A stretch of DNA of 64,000 bases from a virus, in the IMG/VR virus record IMGVR_UViG_3300044991_001618, positions 1 through 64,000 of that record, one strand, 5' to 3'. Position 1 is the stretch's first letter, and each line of letters begins with the position of its first letter. Under the pieces are notes generated by a model. That model did no database searches. It worked only from the letters and a program-made list of their open reading frames with translations, and was not told where the DNA came from. Shown in pieces: positions 1-9,643 of the stretch. The position numbers and the translations under genes were made by a program.

Positions 1-444
1 CACTCAAATAAGAAAAAAATAGTTGGTTATGTCCCATATGATTCTTTGGATAAAATAAGATTTAAATATGAACAAAATAATGTTCATTATACTGATTATC
101 TTGATTTTTCAAAAGCTACATTTGAACAATTCACAGGTACAAGTAGAAATACACCAAATATGGTTAAAATAGTTTCAAGACCTTATCCATTTGATGACGC
201 TACCCAAGATATAATACTTGAGGAGTATTTAGATAGCTACTCTGGGACTATTACATCAACTGGGTCAACTATTTATCATAATAACAATTATTATAAACTA
301 ATATCATATGATGGAGGGAGTTGGGATCCCAATACAATGGTTGCAGGAGGAAGTGAAATATTTGATGGTAAAGTTGGTGGGAAAATTGATTCTTTTTATA
401 ATAAAATGAAAAATAAAAAATTTGTTATTACTAAAGTTGGGTAA
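1..444 (+). CDS. hypothetical protein, 5'-partial
   Basis: Frame 1 is open from base 1 (CAC TCA AAT AAG...) through the listed 46..444 ORF; no recognisable motif. Confidence 0.6.
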   Translation, partial: HSNKKKIVGYVPYDSLDKIRFKYEQNNVHYTDYLDFSKATFEQFTGTSRNTPNMVKIVSRPYPFDDATQDIILEEYLDSYSGTITSTGSTIYHNNNYYKLISYDGGSWDPNTMVAGGSEIFDGKVGGKIDSFYNKMKNKKFVITKVG

Positions 445-520
445 ATATTTGAATCCTACAGATAGCATCTGTTGATTATAAATCGGTTTTAAAAAAAAGA
501 GGAGGTATTTAAATTTTAGG

Positions 521-549
521 AGAAGGTTGGGATTTACCCAACCTTTTCT
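521..549. terminator. intrinsic terminator hairpin between convergent genes
   Basis: AGAAGGTTGGG-ATTTA-CCCAACCTTTTCT followed by a T tract. Confidence 0.65.
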
Positions 550-554
550 TTTTG

Positions 555-1211
555 TTATTTCTTTTTAGAAACAATAATCTCATCAATAATACCATAGGAT
601 AATGATTCATTAGCATCAAGCCATAAATCTCTACTAGCATCCAATTTAACTTGTTCTGCTGTTTTACCACAATAATCCCCCAACAATTTAAAAAGAATTT
701 CATTAGTTTTTTGCCATTCTTTCATTGTTATTTCAGCATCTTGGATATTACCATAAGCCCCCCCAGAACTTTGGTGTAGCATTGTTTTTGAAAACCTAAG
801 AGAAGTTCTTTTCCCTTTTGTTCCAGCACCAAGGATAATGGACCCCATTGATGCAGCCATTCCTGTGTTCACTGTACGCACATCACAAGCAATATAGTCC
901 ATAACATCAACAATTGACAAACCTGCCTTCACAGAGCCACCAGGGCTATCCACGTGCAATGTAACATCTGATTTATCAACAGAATCAAGGAACATTAATT
1001 GTGCTTGAATTATGGTTGCCATTCGATCTTCTACTGGTCCGGCAATCCAGATTAATCTATCTCTCATTAACCTTGAAAAGATGTCAATTTGTGTTGCCCT
1101 CATTTCCCTTTCTTCAAGAATGTAGGGTGTCATAGAGTTTTCAAAATAATCCAAATTTGATGATGGTTTTCCTAAATGGTTAACATAATAGGATTTGAAT
1201 TCGTTTTTCAT
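555..1211 (-). CDS. clpP: ATP-dependent Clp protease proteolytic subunit
   Basis: DIFSRLMRDR, SPGGSV, GMAASMG (catalytic Ser), MLHQ (His), RDLWL (Asp). Confidence 0.95.
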   Translation of the reverse strand: MKNEFKSYYVNHLGKPSSNLDYFENSMTPYILEEREMRATQIDIFSRLMRDRLIWIAGPVEDRMATIIQAQLMFLDSVDKSDVTLHVDSPGGSVKAGLSIVDVMDYIACDVRTVNTGMAASMGSIILGAGTKGKRTSLRFSKTMLHQSSGGAYGNIQDAEITMKEWQKTNEILFKLLGDYCGKTAEQVKLDASRDLWLDANESLSYGIIDEIIVSKKK

Positions 1212-1249
1212 ATTATTTTGGTTTTTTTATAAGTATAATACTTTTTTTG

Positions 1250-1738
1250 TTAAGAAACAAATGATGATTTATAATCTTCCCATACTTTTGCAACAGATGA
1301 TTCATTTGCGAATAAAGTTGGTGTTCTTGGCTGGAATCTTAGAGGCATTCTTGCTTCCTCTGGGGTTTTATCCCCCTTTCTTAAATTACAAGGTAAGCAA
1401 CAAGTTATGAGGTTATTCCAGGTATTCTTTCCCCCTCTTGATTTTGGCAATATGTGATCAATAGTTAAATCCTTTTTTGAACCGCAATAAACGCATTCAT
1501 TATTATCTCTTTTATATAATCTACTTCTATTGACCCTCAAATTCTTAATTTTATGTGAAATGTAATCAAAAAGTCTAATGATTAATGGTTTTGAATAAGT
1601 TATGCTTTCACTTCTGATGGTATTATCATCATTTTTTATGATTTCTGCTTTCCCTTTAATGACTAATATAATTGCTCTTTTAAAAGTTGTTATATTTAAG
1701 GGGGTATAATCTGAATTTAGCACTAAGATTGATTCCAT
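1250..1738 (-). CDS. HNH endonuclease
   Basis: RDNNECVYCG, TIDHILPKSRGG, WNNLITCCLPCN. Confidence 0.9.
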   Translation of the reverse strand: MESILVLNSDYTPLNITTFKRAIILVIKGKAEIIKNDDNTIRSESITYSKPLIIRLFDYISHKIKNLRVNRSRLYKRDNNECVYCGSKKDLTIDHILPKSRGGKNTWNNLITCCLPCNLRKGDKTPEEARMPLRFQPRTPTLFANESSVAKVWEDYKSSFVS

Positions 1739-1773
1739 GTTTTTTTTTATAAAAATATAATAAAATAAAAAAA

Positions 1774-1797
1774 GGGTTGCAAGTATTTCTGCAACCC
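1774..1797 (-). terminator. intrinsic terminator
   Basis: GGGTTGCA...TGCAACCC stem followed by a U tract on the minus strand; the same stem occurs at 32773. Confidence 0.65.
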
Positions 1798-1806
1798 AGT
1801 TTTATA

Positions 1807-1887
1807 TTAGTTTATGACGCTTGGTCGTTTTTCCAACAAATTTATCCAATTTACTCCAAAAAGACATAACAGGTTTGATATTTTCAT
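1807..1887 (-). CDS. possible 26-aa small ORF (MKISNLLCLFGVNWINLLEKRPSVIN)
   Basis: Lies between a TATTTAT motif (1907-1913) and a terminator; A-rich leader. Confidence 0.3.
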   Translation of the reverse strand: MKISNLLCLFGVNWINLLEKRPSVIN

Positions 1888-2007
1888 ATTATTTGTGTTA
1901 TATTTAATAAATATTATAAAATAAAAAAGTGGGTTAATATTTGAAACATAAAAGATATATTTTGGTTGTTTTTAATCTTTATTGTGTTATATTTATGTAA
2001 AAAAATT

Positions 2008-2328
2008 ATGGAACTAACAAAAGAACAACTTGTTGATAAAATAAACAATGGTGAGAAGATGGTTGTGGATTTTTATTCTACCACTTGCGGACCATGCAAA
2101 ATGTTAAAGCCAATGTATGAAAAGTTGGCAAATGAATTAAAAGAACAAAATTCTGAGGTATCTTTATACACCTTTAATGTTCAGAATGATGTAGAATATG
2201 CTGTGAATGTTGCTGGAGTTAGGGGTGTTCCTACAATTAAAAGTTATACATCATCTTTGGTTAAAGATACAATTGTTGGATTACCAAGTTTAAATGAATT
2301 GAATGAATTAATTAATAGTTTAAAATAA
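2008..2328 (+). CDS. thioredoxin
   Basis: VVDFYSTTCGPC motif and cis-Pro VPT; the ATG at 2008 after an A-rich leader is preferred to the TTG at 1966. Confidence 0.88.
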   Translation: MELTKEQLVDKINNGEKMVVDFYSTTCGPCKMLKPMYEKLANELKEQNSEVSLYTFNVQNDVEYAVNVAGVRGVPTIKSYTSSLVKDTIVGLPSLNELNELINSLK

Positions 2329-2333
2329 ATTTT

Positions 2334-3047
2334 ATGACAGACAACAAAGCAATATTAATAGGTCATTATGGTGGAGACAAGACGCATTGTTTAGCTGCTT
2401 GGAGTTCAACATTCCTTGAATTAAATCTGGAAATGCCAAAGCAAATAGAAGATAGGGTTGATGTAATTATTAATTACATTTTAGCAAATTCAAAAAGGAT
2501 TAGAAACATTGAGCAATTGTTGGAATTTTTGGCATCAGAAGGCCACACATCACCTTTTAGATTTAGTACCTTACACTTTGTCACCACAACTGAAATAGCC
2601 ACTCACATCCAATTTCTGAAGCATTCTGTGGCGTTAGGTGCAGAGAACGCAGAATCAGCCAGATATAAAGAACTAAAAGAAGATAAATTCTACTTGCCAA
2701 ACGATTGGCTTGAATATGGTGAAAAAGGTGAATTTTGGCATAACACATTAAAAACACAAAGTGAGAAACTCAATAAAATGTATCACAATTGCTTAAATGA
2801 TTTAATACAGGCTGGAATGCCCAAAGCCAGGGCAAAAGAATCAGCAAGATTTTTTAAGATGTACAATTCTCAATTGAATAGCAATAAGATAATGTCTTTT
2901 GATGGATTTATGCAAATATATAAGAAAAGAAATTTGTTATCCCCCTCCCAAAAAGAAATTGGAGATGTTCTGGAACAAATGTTAAATGAGATAAAATCAA
3001 TACCAGATAACCCATTTAAGGATTCATTAAAAGCATTTGGAGTATAA
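2334..3047 (+). CDS. thyX: FAD-dependent thymidylate synthase-like protein
   Basis: GHTSPF, ESARY, KESARFF, SQKEI; the RHR motif is deviant (KHS). Confidence 0.8.
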   Translation: MTDNKAILIGHYGGDKTHCLAAWSSTFLELNLEMPKQIEDRVDVIINYILANSKRIRNIEQLLEFLASEGHTSPFRFSTLHFVTTTEIATHIQFLKHSVALGAENAESARYKELKEDKFYLPNDWLEYGEKGEFWHNTLKTQSEKLNKMYHNCLNDLIQAGMPKARAKESARFFKMYNSQLNSNKIMSFDGFMQIYKKRNLLSPSQKEIGDVLEQMLNEIKSIPDNPFKDSLKAFGV

Positions 3048-3049
3048 TA

Positions 3050-3080
3050 AAAAGGGCTTATAGTGATATAAGCCCTTTTT
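3050..3080. terminator. bidirectional intrinsic terminator
   Basis: AAAAGGGCTTATA-GTGA-TATAAGCCCTTTTT between convergent genes. Confidence 0.8.
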
Positions 3081-3112
3081 TAATTTGGTAAGTTTGATTA
3101 TCTACCTTTTTT

Positions 3113-3295
3113 TTAAACTTTTGGAGTTACAACTGGTTTTTTAGCAATAAAAGACCATACGGCACCAATTAATGTTGAAACACCACCAATTACCTCAGTT
3201 ACAATTGTTTCATCAATAAGACCTTTTGTAATTAAAAATCCACCAATGAATGTAAGTATGTGTCTAACAATACCTAAAATTTGTTCTTTATTCAT
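3113..3295 (-). CDS. small two-TM holin-like protein
   Basis: 60 aa, two hydrophobic helices, basic tail, GIVRHILTFIGG motif. Confidence 0.6.
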   Translation of the reverse strand: MNKEQILGIVRHILTFIGGFLITKGLIDETIVTEVIGGVSTLIGAVWSFIAKKPVVTPKV

Positions 3296-3374
3296 TTTAT
3301 TTATTTTTTAATAAAAATGTTTATATATAGCAATAATGCTATATTTATAAATATATATAAAAATATAAAAATTT

Positions 3375-5084
3375 ATGGAGAGAGTGAATATGTTTGATTT
3401 TATTTTATTAAATGAGGGTAGAACTGCTAAAAAATTTAAATTTATAACAGCAAATGAATTTGAGTTTATTTATAACTGTGTAGATGACAATGGTAAATAT
3501 TCTAAATGGGTTTCATCAAAGGATAAAAATAAATTAATAAATAAAATTGTAAATTATTTAAATGTTAATACCACTTTTACCGAAGACCTTAGTAGTTTTA
3601 AAGATTGTGAAGAAGCCAGAAGAAAAAACATAGAAGCTGCAGGGGGGGATAAAAGAAGAAAAAATTATGTAAAAGGAGAGGTTGGCAAAAAGAAAGAGGG
3701 TGAAGATGATGTACAATTGTTCTGTGATGCTGTGCCTAAATTTATGAATGAATTAGTTCCATTATTATTTAATAATATTAATGAATATCCTATTGAGGAT
3801 AAAGATAAAGGTAGGTTAAATGAATTTATTTCATTACATATTGATGTTTTTGTTAATTTTTTTGAAAATAGACATAGAGGACAGTCAAAAGAATTGCCAA
3901 GAAATTTATTATATCGACAATTAGTTGATGTTTACATGAGTAAACCATTTAAAAAAGTTGAAATCCCAGATACCTCTCCAAAAGAAGTAATTACAAAGCC
4001 AGGTAAAACACAAAAGAAACCAAAAATAGAAACAGAAAATCTTTATATATTTCAATTAGAAAACCAAAATCCCAATCACATTTATAAATTATATAATTAT
4101 GTATTAAGTGGGGGGGTATCAAAAAAGAATATTGGTTATTTGTATGATTGTACTAAAAAAACTGAACCAATAGATAAATTATTATGTGTTTTAACACATG
4201 ACAGAGATTTTGCTGCATCTTTTGCTTTTGAAAAAACATTTGAACATTCAGTACAATTTAAACCATACAAAGGAAATATATCATTTAAGATAACAACAAA
4301 GGATTTGAGGGCTGAAATAGATAGAATGGAAAGTATAGAGAAAGGTAGTAGTGATAATTTAGATTATAATATAAAAAAATTATATGTTGAATTATTTAAT
4401 ATAATTTTTAGAGATAAAGATATGATATATTTATTTAATAATTGTCTAAATCTTAGTGGTTCAACATCAACAAGTGTTACTTTTTGTTACCCAAAAGAAA
4501 AAGTTTCAAAAAAATTAGAAGAAAAATTGTCAGATGAATTGGGTATTAAACTAAAAAAAGATAATGATAATAAGGCAAAAGGTGATATTAAAGTAATTAA
4601 ACCAGTTTATAGTTGTAGTGATAGTTCACGTGTGGTTATAAACCCAAATTCTAAAATTGAACTAAAATTTTTTACTACTGATCAAATTAAAAAGAAAGAA
4701 AATAATTTACATATTACAAGAATACTAGAGCCAGATAGAAATTATATATTTTCTAATATAACTGGTTTGTCCAACTTTAATAAAAATTCAGAAGAATTTA
4801 ATACTTTTTTTAATTTAACACTGAATTCAGTAATAGAAGTTGTTAAGAACAAAGTTATTGAATTTAAAAAAGACATTGAGCGATTTTCCAGACCTACTTC
4901 TGGATTATTTATAGCTGGACCAAAATACATACCAAAGGATGGTGATTGGGCTTATAAAATTTATAAAGGACCAGGATTACAACAAGGTGAAGGTGTTGGA
5001 ATTAAACTAAAATTACCTGACAACTACAAATCATATGATATAGAGTATAGTTATGAAACTAGACAATTTTGTATAAAAGATTAA
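3375..5084 (+). CDS. hypothetical protein (possible C-terminal PD-(D/E)XK-like fold)
   Basis: 569-aa ORF; weak GDIK...IELK motif. Confidence 0.6.
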   Translation: MERVNMFDFILLNEGRTAKKFKFITANEFEFIYNCVDDNGKYSKWVSSKDKNKLINKIVNYLNVNTTFTEDLSSFKDCEEARRKNIEAAGGDKRRKNYVKGEVGKKKEGEDDVQLFCDAVPKFMNELVPLLFNNINEYPIEDKDKGRLNEFISLHIDVFVNFFENRHRGQSKELPRNLLYRQLVDVYMSKPFKKVEIPDTSPKEVITKPGKTQKKPKIETENLYIFQLENQNPNHIYKLYNYVLSGGVSKKNIGYLYDCTKKTEPIDKLLCVLTHDRDFAASFAFEKTFEHSVQFKPYKGNISFKITTKDLRAEIDRMESIEKGSSDNLDYNIKKLYVELFNIIFRDKDMIYLFNNCLNLSGSTSTSVTFCYPKEKVSKKLEEKLSDELGIKLKKDNDNKAKGDIKVIKPVYSCSDSSRVVINPNSKIELKFFTTDQIKKKENNLHITRILEPDRNYIFSNITGLSNFNKNSEEFNTFFNLTLNSVIEVVKNKVIEFKKDIERFSRPTSGLFIAGPKYIPKDGDWAYKIYKGPGLQQGEGVGIKLKLPDNYKSYDIEYSYETRQFCIKD

Positions 5085-5317
5085 GGTTTGGTGTTTTTAT
5101 TGCTAATGAAATCTGCAAATTTTTCACTAGCAATAAATCCAAGTCCAGCAATTGCCAGCCAGACTAATCCTTCAAATACATAATCTGTTATGGTGTAGCT
5201 TGAAAACAAATCAACAATTGACGCAAATATTATTGTTAGTGATGCAGAAATACCAATAGAACGTTTACTTGATATTTCACCATTTGCACTTAATAATGAT
5301 TTAAAAAATCTTTTCAT
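5081..5317 (-). CDS. small two-TM membrane protein, holin-like
   Basis: ISSKR followed by two TM helices; coupled to the M23 gene. Confidence 0.55.
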   Translation of the reverse strand: MKRFFKSLLSANGEISSKRSIGISASLTIIFASIVDLFSSYTITDYVFEGLVWLAIAGLGFIASEKFADFISNKNTKP

Positions 5318-6939
5318 ATCATTAATTTTTTAATTTTATTAATATTTTCATCAATCTTTTTAATATCTAATCTACTTGCTCCACTAGTTTTACTAGGAAT
5401 TAAAGCAATATTTGATTTCATTGTGTCTATATCAAAATTGGATTTACCTTTAGCACTATTTGAACTTGAATATGATTTCACATCTGGTTTTGTTGCCATA
5501 TTTGTTTTACCTGATATTAATTTAGCATCACTTCTACTTTTTTTCGCCTCTGTTCCATTTATAGGTATATTAGTAAATCCAATATATGCTGTGAATGTTA
5601 ATTTATCTTTATATTTACCAATAACCTCACCTAACGCAACATTAGATTTTGAATCATTTAATTCACCACCTATTTTTAAATTAAATTCAATATCTGGATT
5701 AATTGTACATCTATATTCTGTAGAAGTTGAATATCTTCTTTTTTCACATGTATCAAAAGTTGATTTTAATTTTTTTTCTACGCCATTAGCATCTATAACA
5801 TATTTATATTCTCCTATTTTTTCACCATCACCTAATTTATATATTTTTGATGCAATAATTTCATTTCTAGTTGGTTCAGGTGCTTCTATAATTATATTTA
5901 GTCTATTTGCTATTGATGTTAATTGGAGCGTTGGGTTTGTTGCCATATTGGTCTTTGCACTAAAAACACCACTTTGTTTTGAATCATTATTTGCATTATA
6001 ACTTCCATTTATAAAATTAATTGGATCAACATTTTTACCATTATCTATAACTTCAAAATGAAGATGTGGACCAGTAGAATTACCCTTATACTCATCATTT
6101 TCTCCCCCTCCACTTAACCCAATAACTGCACCTGCTTTAACAGCATCACCTTCATTAACTTTTCTACTTTTAATATGGCAATATCTTGTAAATAACACTT
6201 CACTATGTTTTATTGATATTAGCCCACCACAGCCATCAGTAGTGTCTCTACTACTTATGACTGTACCATCCATTGGTGCCAAAACATTAGTCCCAGATGC
6301 AATAGCAATATCAATACCTGAATGTTTTCTACCTTCTTTAGCCCCAGTTTCATCAAATGATGATGAGATTAAATTTTCAGAAAAATTTGGAACAGGGGCA
6401 TTAAAAATAGATGTTGTGGTTTCAAACAAATGTAATATTTTTGATTTTGTTATAAAATAATTCTCTCCAACTCTACCCTTACTCATTACATCAGGAGTTG
6501 TACTCATATTTGTTCTGCCACTACCATATTTAGAAAAGACATCAGGATTTGTACTCATATTTGTTCTACCTGTGCTAAAATTAGTATTTGTTTGGGTAGA
6601 TGATGCTTGGGGTTTTTCAACATTACAGATGTATATCTGAGTAGAACTTACTACCTTAAAATATTTTAATTCATTTGGATTTTGGGTTAAACTAGTGACT
6701 TCTTTAAATTGGTTTTCTACCAAAAATTTACGTAAATCTTCAATGTTTGTTATGTTAGTAACATATATACCATTTCCATTTTTATATTCAATATTATTTG
6801 GATTAAAATCAATATTAATTGTTATGTTTTTTTTTGTTGCAAAATCATTTAATACATTAATAATATTTTTATTAATATTAGTTATAGTTTTATTACCAAC
6901 AACTTTAATTTTACTAACCTGTTCTTTTATAAGTTTCAT
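5314..6939 (-). CDS. M23 family peptidase domain protein
   Basis: HSGIDI, YCH and STGPHLHFEV zinc motifs. Confidence 0.88.
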   Translation of the reverse strand: MKLIKEQVSKIKVVGNKTITNINKNIINVLNDFATKKNITINIDFNPNNIEYKNGNGIYVTNITNIEDLRKFLVENQFKEVTSLTQNPNELKYFKVVSSTQIYICNVEKPQASSTQTNTNFSTGRTNMSTNPDVFSKYGSGRTNMSTTPDVMSKGRVGENYFITKSKILHLFETTTSIFNAPVPNFSENLISSSFDETGAKEGRKHSGIDIAIASGTNVLAPMDGTVISSRDTTDGCGGLISIKHSEVLFTRYCHIKSRKVNEGDAVKAGAVIGLSGGGENDEYKGNSTGPHLHFEVIDNGKNVDPINFINGSYNANNDSKQSGVFSAKTNMATNPTLQLTSIANRLNIIIEAPEPTRNEIIASKIYKLGDGEKIGEYKYVIDANGVEKKLKSTFDTCEKRRYSTSTEYRCTINPDIEFNLKIGGELNDSKSNVALGEVIGKYKDKLTFTAYIGFTNIPINGTEAKKSRSDAKLISGKTNMATKPDVKSYSSSNSAKGKSNFDIDTMKSNIALIPSKTSGASRLDIKKIDENINKIKKLMI

Positions 6940-6970
6940 ATTTATTTTTTACAATAAATATTACAAACAT

Positions 6971-7576
6971 CTAAACTATTCTTTTTGATTTGATTATTTC
7001 ACATAATTTTTCATTATACTCATATATGTCAATACTTTTTTTGTATTTTTTATATGAATCATAATTTTTATTTATTATAGATTCATTTTCATTTATAATT
7101 TTCTTAACAAAGAAAACATAATTTGAATCTTCTGCATATATTCTACTTAAAAAACTAAAATACTCTTCTCTTGATTTTTCTTTTTTTCTAAGTAAAAATT
7201 CTTGAAATAATTTATAATCTTTCACGCTATCTGTCCAGCATTCATACATTGAATATCCTCTATTTTCATCAATAGCAGTAGTTTCTCTTCTTTCTGGATA
7301 TCTCATACCAAATAAATTTTTATTTTCTGTAAAAATATAACTGGTCATATATCCACTTTCCAATAATGCTTGAGCAAAAACTATGTCTGGATATTTTATG
7401 TCATTATCCAATATTTCAAAATATAAAAATAATAATTTTGAATTATCCTCATTAAAAAGTTGTTGTTCATTGATTTTTATATCATTGATTTCATTCTTTT
7501 GAATTTTAACATTTTCTGTTAAAATAATTAAACTAATTGCAATTAATGCAATTGATGCATATATTAATTTTTTCAT
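6971..7576 (-). CDS. GH73-like glucosaminidase/muramidase with N-terminal TM segment (SAR-like)
   Basis: AQALLESG, NLFGMR, YAED motifs; hydrophobic N-terminus. Confidence 0.75.
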   Translation of the reverse strand: MKKLIYASIALIAISLIILTENVKIQKNEINDIKINEQQLFNEDNSKLLFLYFEILDNDIKYPDIVFAQALLESGYMTSYIFTENKNLFGMRYPERRETTAIDENRGYSMYECWTDSVKDYKLFQEFLLRKKEKSREEYFSFLSRIYAEDSNYVFFVKKIINENESIINKNYDSYKKYKKSIDIYEYNEKLCEIIKSKRIV

Positions 7577-7682
7577 AAATTTTTATTTTTGTTATGTAAA
7601 TAATTTGGTGCAAAGATAATGCAAACCAATTAGACTTTATTGATAAATACCAATAATAGTCATTTTTTTGTTTAAAACAAAT

Positions 7683-7711
7683 AGAAAGTGCCACAAAACG
7701 TGGCACTTTCT
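7683..7711 (-). terminator. terminator hairpin directly after tmRNA
   Basis: Perfect 12-bp stem AGAAAGTGCCAC/GTGGCACTTTCT abutting the CCA end. Confidence 0.75.
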
Positions 7712-7712
7712 T

Positions 7713-8134
7713 TGGTGGAGACGCAGGGAATTGAACCCTGGTCTTGCTCGTAATTTAATAAAAAGACTACATGTTTATTCCATAGATTCTGTATGGACAC
7801 ATAAGACAGTTCATATTTTTCCATTTTTACTGCCAACTGTGGGGGGTTCACTTTCACTATTTACATAGACTAACAGGTAGCACCCCAAACCAAAACCTTT
7901 GACACAATAAGTAGTATCACACTATGAGGCTTCTGTTCCTGGGTTATATGCCCACCGACCCGGGGTTGTTATGACTACTAAGCCGCAACAACAGCATCTT
8001 CACGTACTAGACCTAAAGTTGCTAAAGTTTCTAAAGTGTTGCCAGTTAAAGGCTTGAACCAGTTGTTAATGAGGTTAATTCAGCCCCAACATGCCTTCTT
8101 ACCCAATCCACGCCAATCGATCCCTTTCGCCCCC
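7713..8134 (-). ncRNA. ssrA: transfer-messenger RNA (tmRNA), 422 nt
   Basis: 5' GGGGGCG pairs with 3' CGTCTCC-A-CCA (G3:U70); T-arm CAGGG-TTCAATT-CCCTG; internal tag frame ending in AA-stop. Confidence 0.93.
7978..8043 (-). other. tmRNA tag reading frame (A)GNTLETLATLGLVREDAVVAA*
   Basis: Resume context TTAACT-GGC; ends GTT GTT GCG GCT TAG. Confidence 0.8.
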
Positions 8135-8169
8135 TTGTTTTATAAATATCATCATTTCTGTTGATGACA

Positions 8170-8201
8170 CAAATATAGATCCCTTTTTTTGATTTTCCAA
8201 A
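8170..8201 (-). promoter_or_regulatory. Bacteroidota-type primary-sigma promoter of tmRNA
   Basis: TTTG-N20-TATATTTG matches the -33/-7 consensus. Confidence 0.65.
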
Positions 8202-8294
8202 TGGTTTTTTCATTTTCTTTTAAAAGAATTTGATTTGCTGTTTTGTGGATGGAATAATAATATTTAGTTATATTTATATATTAATATATGAATT

Positions 8295-8798
8295 ATGGAA
8301 AAAGAAACATTAAAAAAGATATTCAATTTTCTTGAAAAGAATGATAACAGAAATGTACCATTTACTTGGAAATTATTAAATAATGAACCATTAACAGAAA
8401 AAGATTTAAATATTAAAGGTGATTTGGATTTAACAGAGACAAATATTAAATCATTACCAAATGGATTGAAAATTACTGGGAATTTGATTTTAACTGAAAC
8501 AGATATGAGATTCTTACCAGAAGGACTATTAGTTGGTGGCCATTTGGATTTATATGCTTCAAAAATAGACTCATTACCAAAGGGCTTGAAGGTTGGTGGG
8601 GATTTGAATATTGAAGGCACTTACATAGAATTATTACCAAGTGGCTTACAAGTTGGTGGTGATTTATATTTGAATGATAGTGATTTGCATCACAGCATAG
8701 ATTATAATGATAGTAATGAATTAAGGGATATTGTAAAAAAAATGGTTGAACCTGGTTTTATTAAAGGTAAGGTAATTTTTGATGACGATGATGATTGA
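8295..8798 (+). CDS. LRR family protein, array 1 gene 1
   Basis: MEKETLKKIF N-cap, LPxGLxVxGxLxL repeats, MVEPGFIKG C-cap. Confidence 0.85.
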   Translation: MEKETLKKIFNFLEKNDNRNVPFTWKLLNNEPLTEKDLNIKGDLDLTETNIKSLPNGLKITGNLILTETDMRFLPEGLLVGGHLDLYASKIDSLPKGLKVGGDLNIEGTYIELLPSGLQVGGDLYLNDSDLHHSIDYNDSNELRDIVKKMVEPGFIKGKVIFDDDDD

Positions 8799-8815
8799 TT
8801 TAAATTAAATATATT

Positions 8816-9286
8816 ATGGAAAAAGAAACAATAAAAAAGATATTTGATTTTCTTGAAGAAAATGGTGAGCATAATGCACCACTTATGTGGAAATTAAAAA
8901 ATAATGAACCAATAACAGAAGATGATTTGATTGTTAATGGTGATTTGAATTTGGGTCATTCAAAAATAACTTCACTACCAGAAGGCTTGGAAGTTGGTGG
9001 GTTTTTGGATTTAAGTTATTCACTTATAAACTCATTACCAGAAGGTTTAAAAGTTGGTGGGAGTTTATCTTTATTTGATTGTGCAATTATAACTTCACTA
9101 CCAGAAGGCTTGAAGGTTGGGCGTAATTTAGATTTAGGTTTTACAAAAATAATCTCATTACCAAGAGGGTTAAAAGTTGAGGGTTTTATAGATTTGAATG
9201 GTACAAAATTAACAGAATACACAGATGATGAATTAAGAAAAATGATTAAACCTGGATATATAAAAGGAAGAATAATTAAAGTTTAG
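8816..9286 (+). CDS. LRR family protein, array 1 gene 2
   Basis: Same caps and repeats. Confidence 0.85.
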   Translation: MEKETIKKIFDFLEENGEHNAPLMWKLKNNEPITEDDLIVNGDLNLGHSKITSLPEGLEVGGFLDLSYSLINSLPEGLKVGGSLSLFDCAIITSLPEGLKVGRNLDLGFTKIISLPRGLKVEGFIDLNGTKLTEYTDDELRKMIKPGYIKGRIIKV

Positions 9287-9289
9287 TTA

Positions 9290-9640
9290 ATGGAAAAAGA
9301 AACACTAAAAAAAATACTTGATTTTCTTAAACAGAATGAGAATAGAAATATTCCAATTGCTTGGAAATTAATAAATAATGAACCATTAACAGAAAAGGAA
9401 TTAACTATTGATCGTGATTTGGATTTAAAAGGTTCAACTATAAAATCCTTACCAGAATATTTAAATATTAAAGATGATTTGGATTTATCTCACACAAAAA
9501 TAACCTCATTACCAAAAGGATTAAAAGTTGGTGAAAATTTATATATTAAAAACAGCCCATTAACTAAATATTCAGATTATGAAATAATAAAAATGATTGC
9601 GCCTGGATATATTCAAGGTAAAATAGATAGAAGTTGGTAA
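9290..9640 (+). CDS. LRR family protein, array 1 gene 3 (shortest)
   Basis: Same caps, about 2 repeats. Confidence 0.85.
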   Translation: MEKETLKKILDFLKQNENRNIPIAWKLINNEPLTEKELTIDRDLDLKGSTIKSLPEYLNIKDDLDLSHTKITSLPKGLKVGENLYIKNSPLTKYSDYEIIKMIAPGYIQGKIDRSW

Positions 9641-9643
9641 ATT

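Noticed and set aside
1250-1738. HNH as an intron-encoded homing element
   Set aside because: It is free-standing, with no split host gene or intron structure evident.
7713-7745. tRNA gene
   Set aside because: Only the T-arm and acceptor 3' half are here; the pairing 5' strand is about 420 nt away with a tag frame between, so this is tmRNA. ORFs 7668..7868 and 7672..7857 are spurious.
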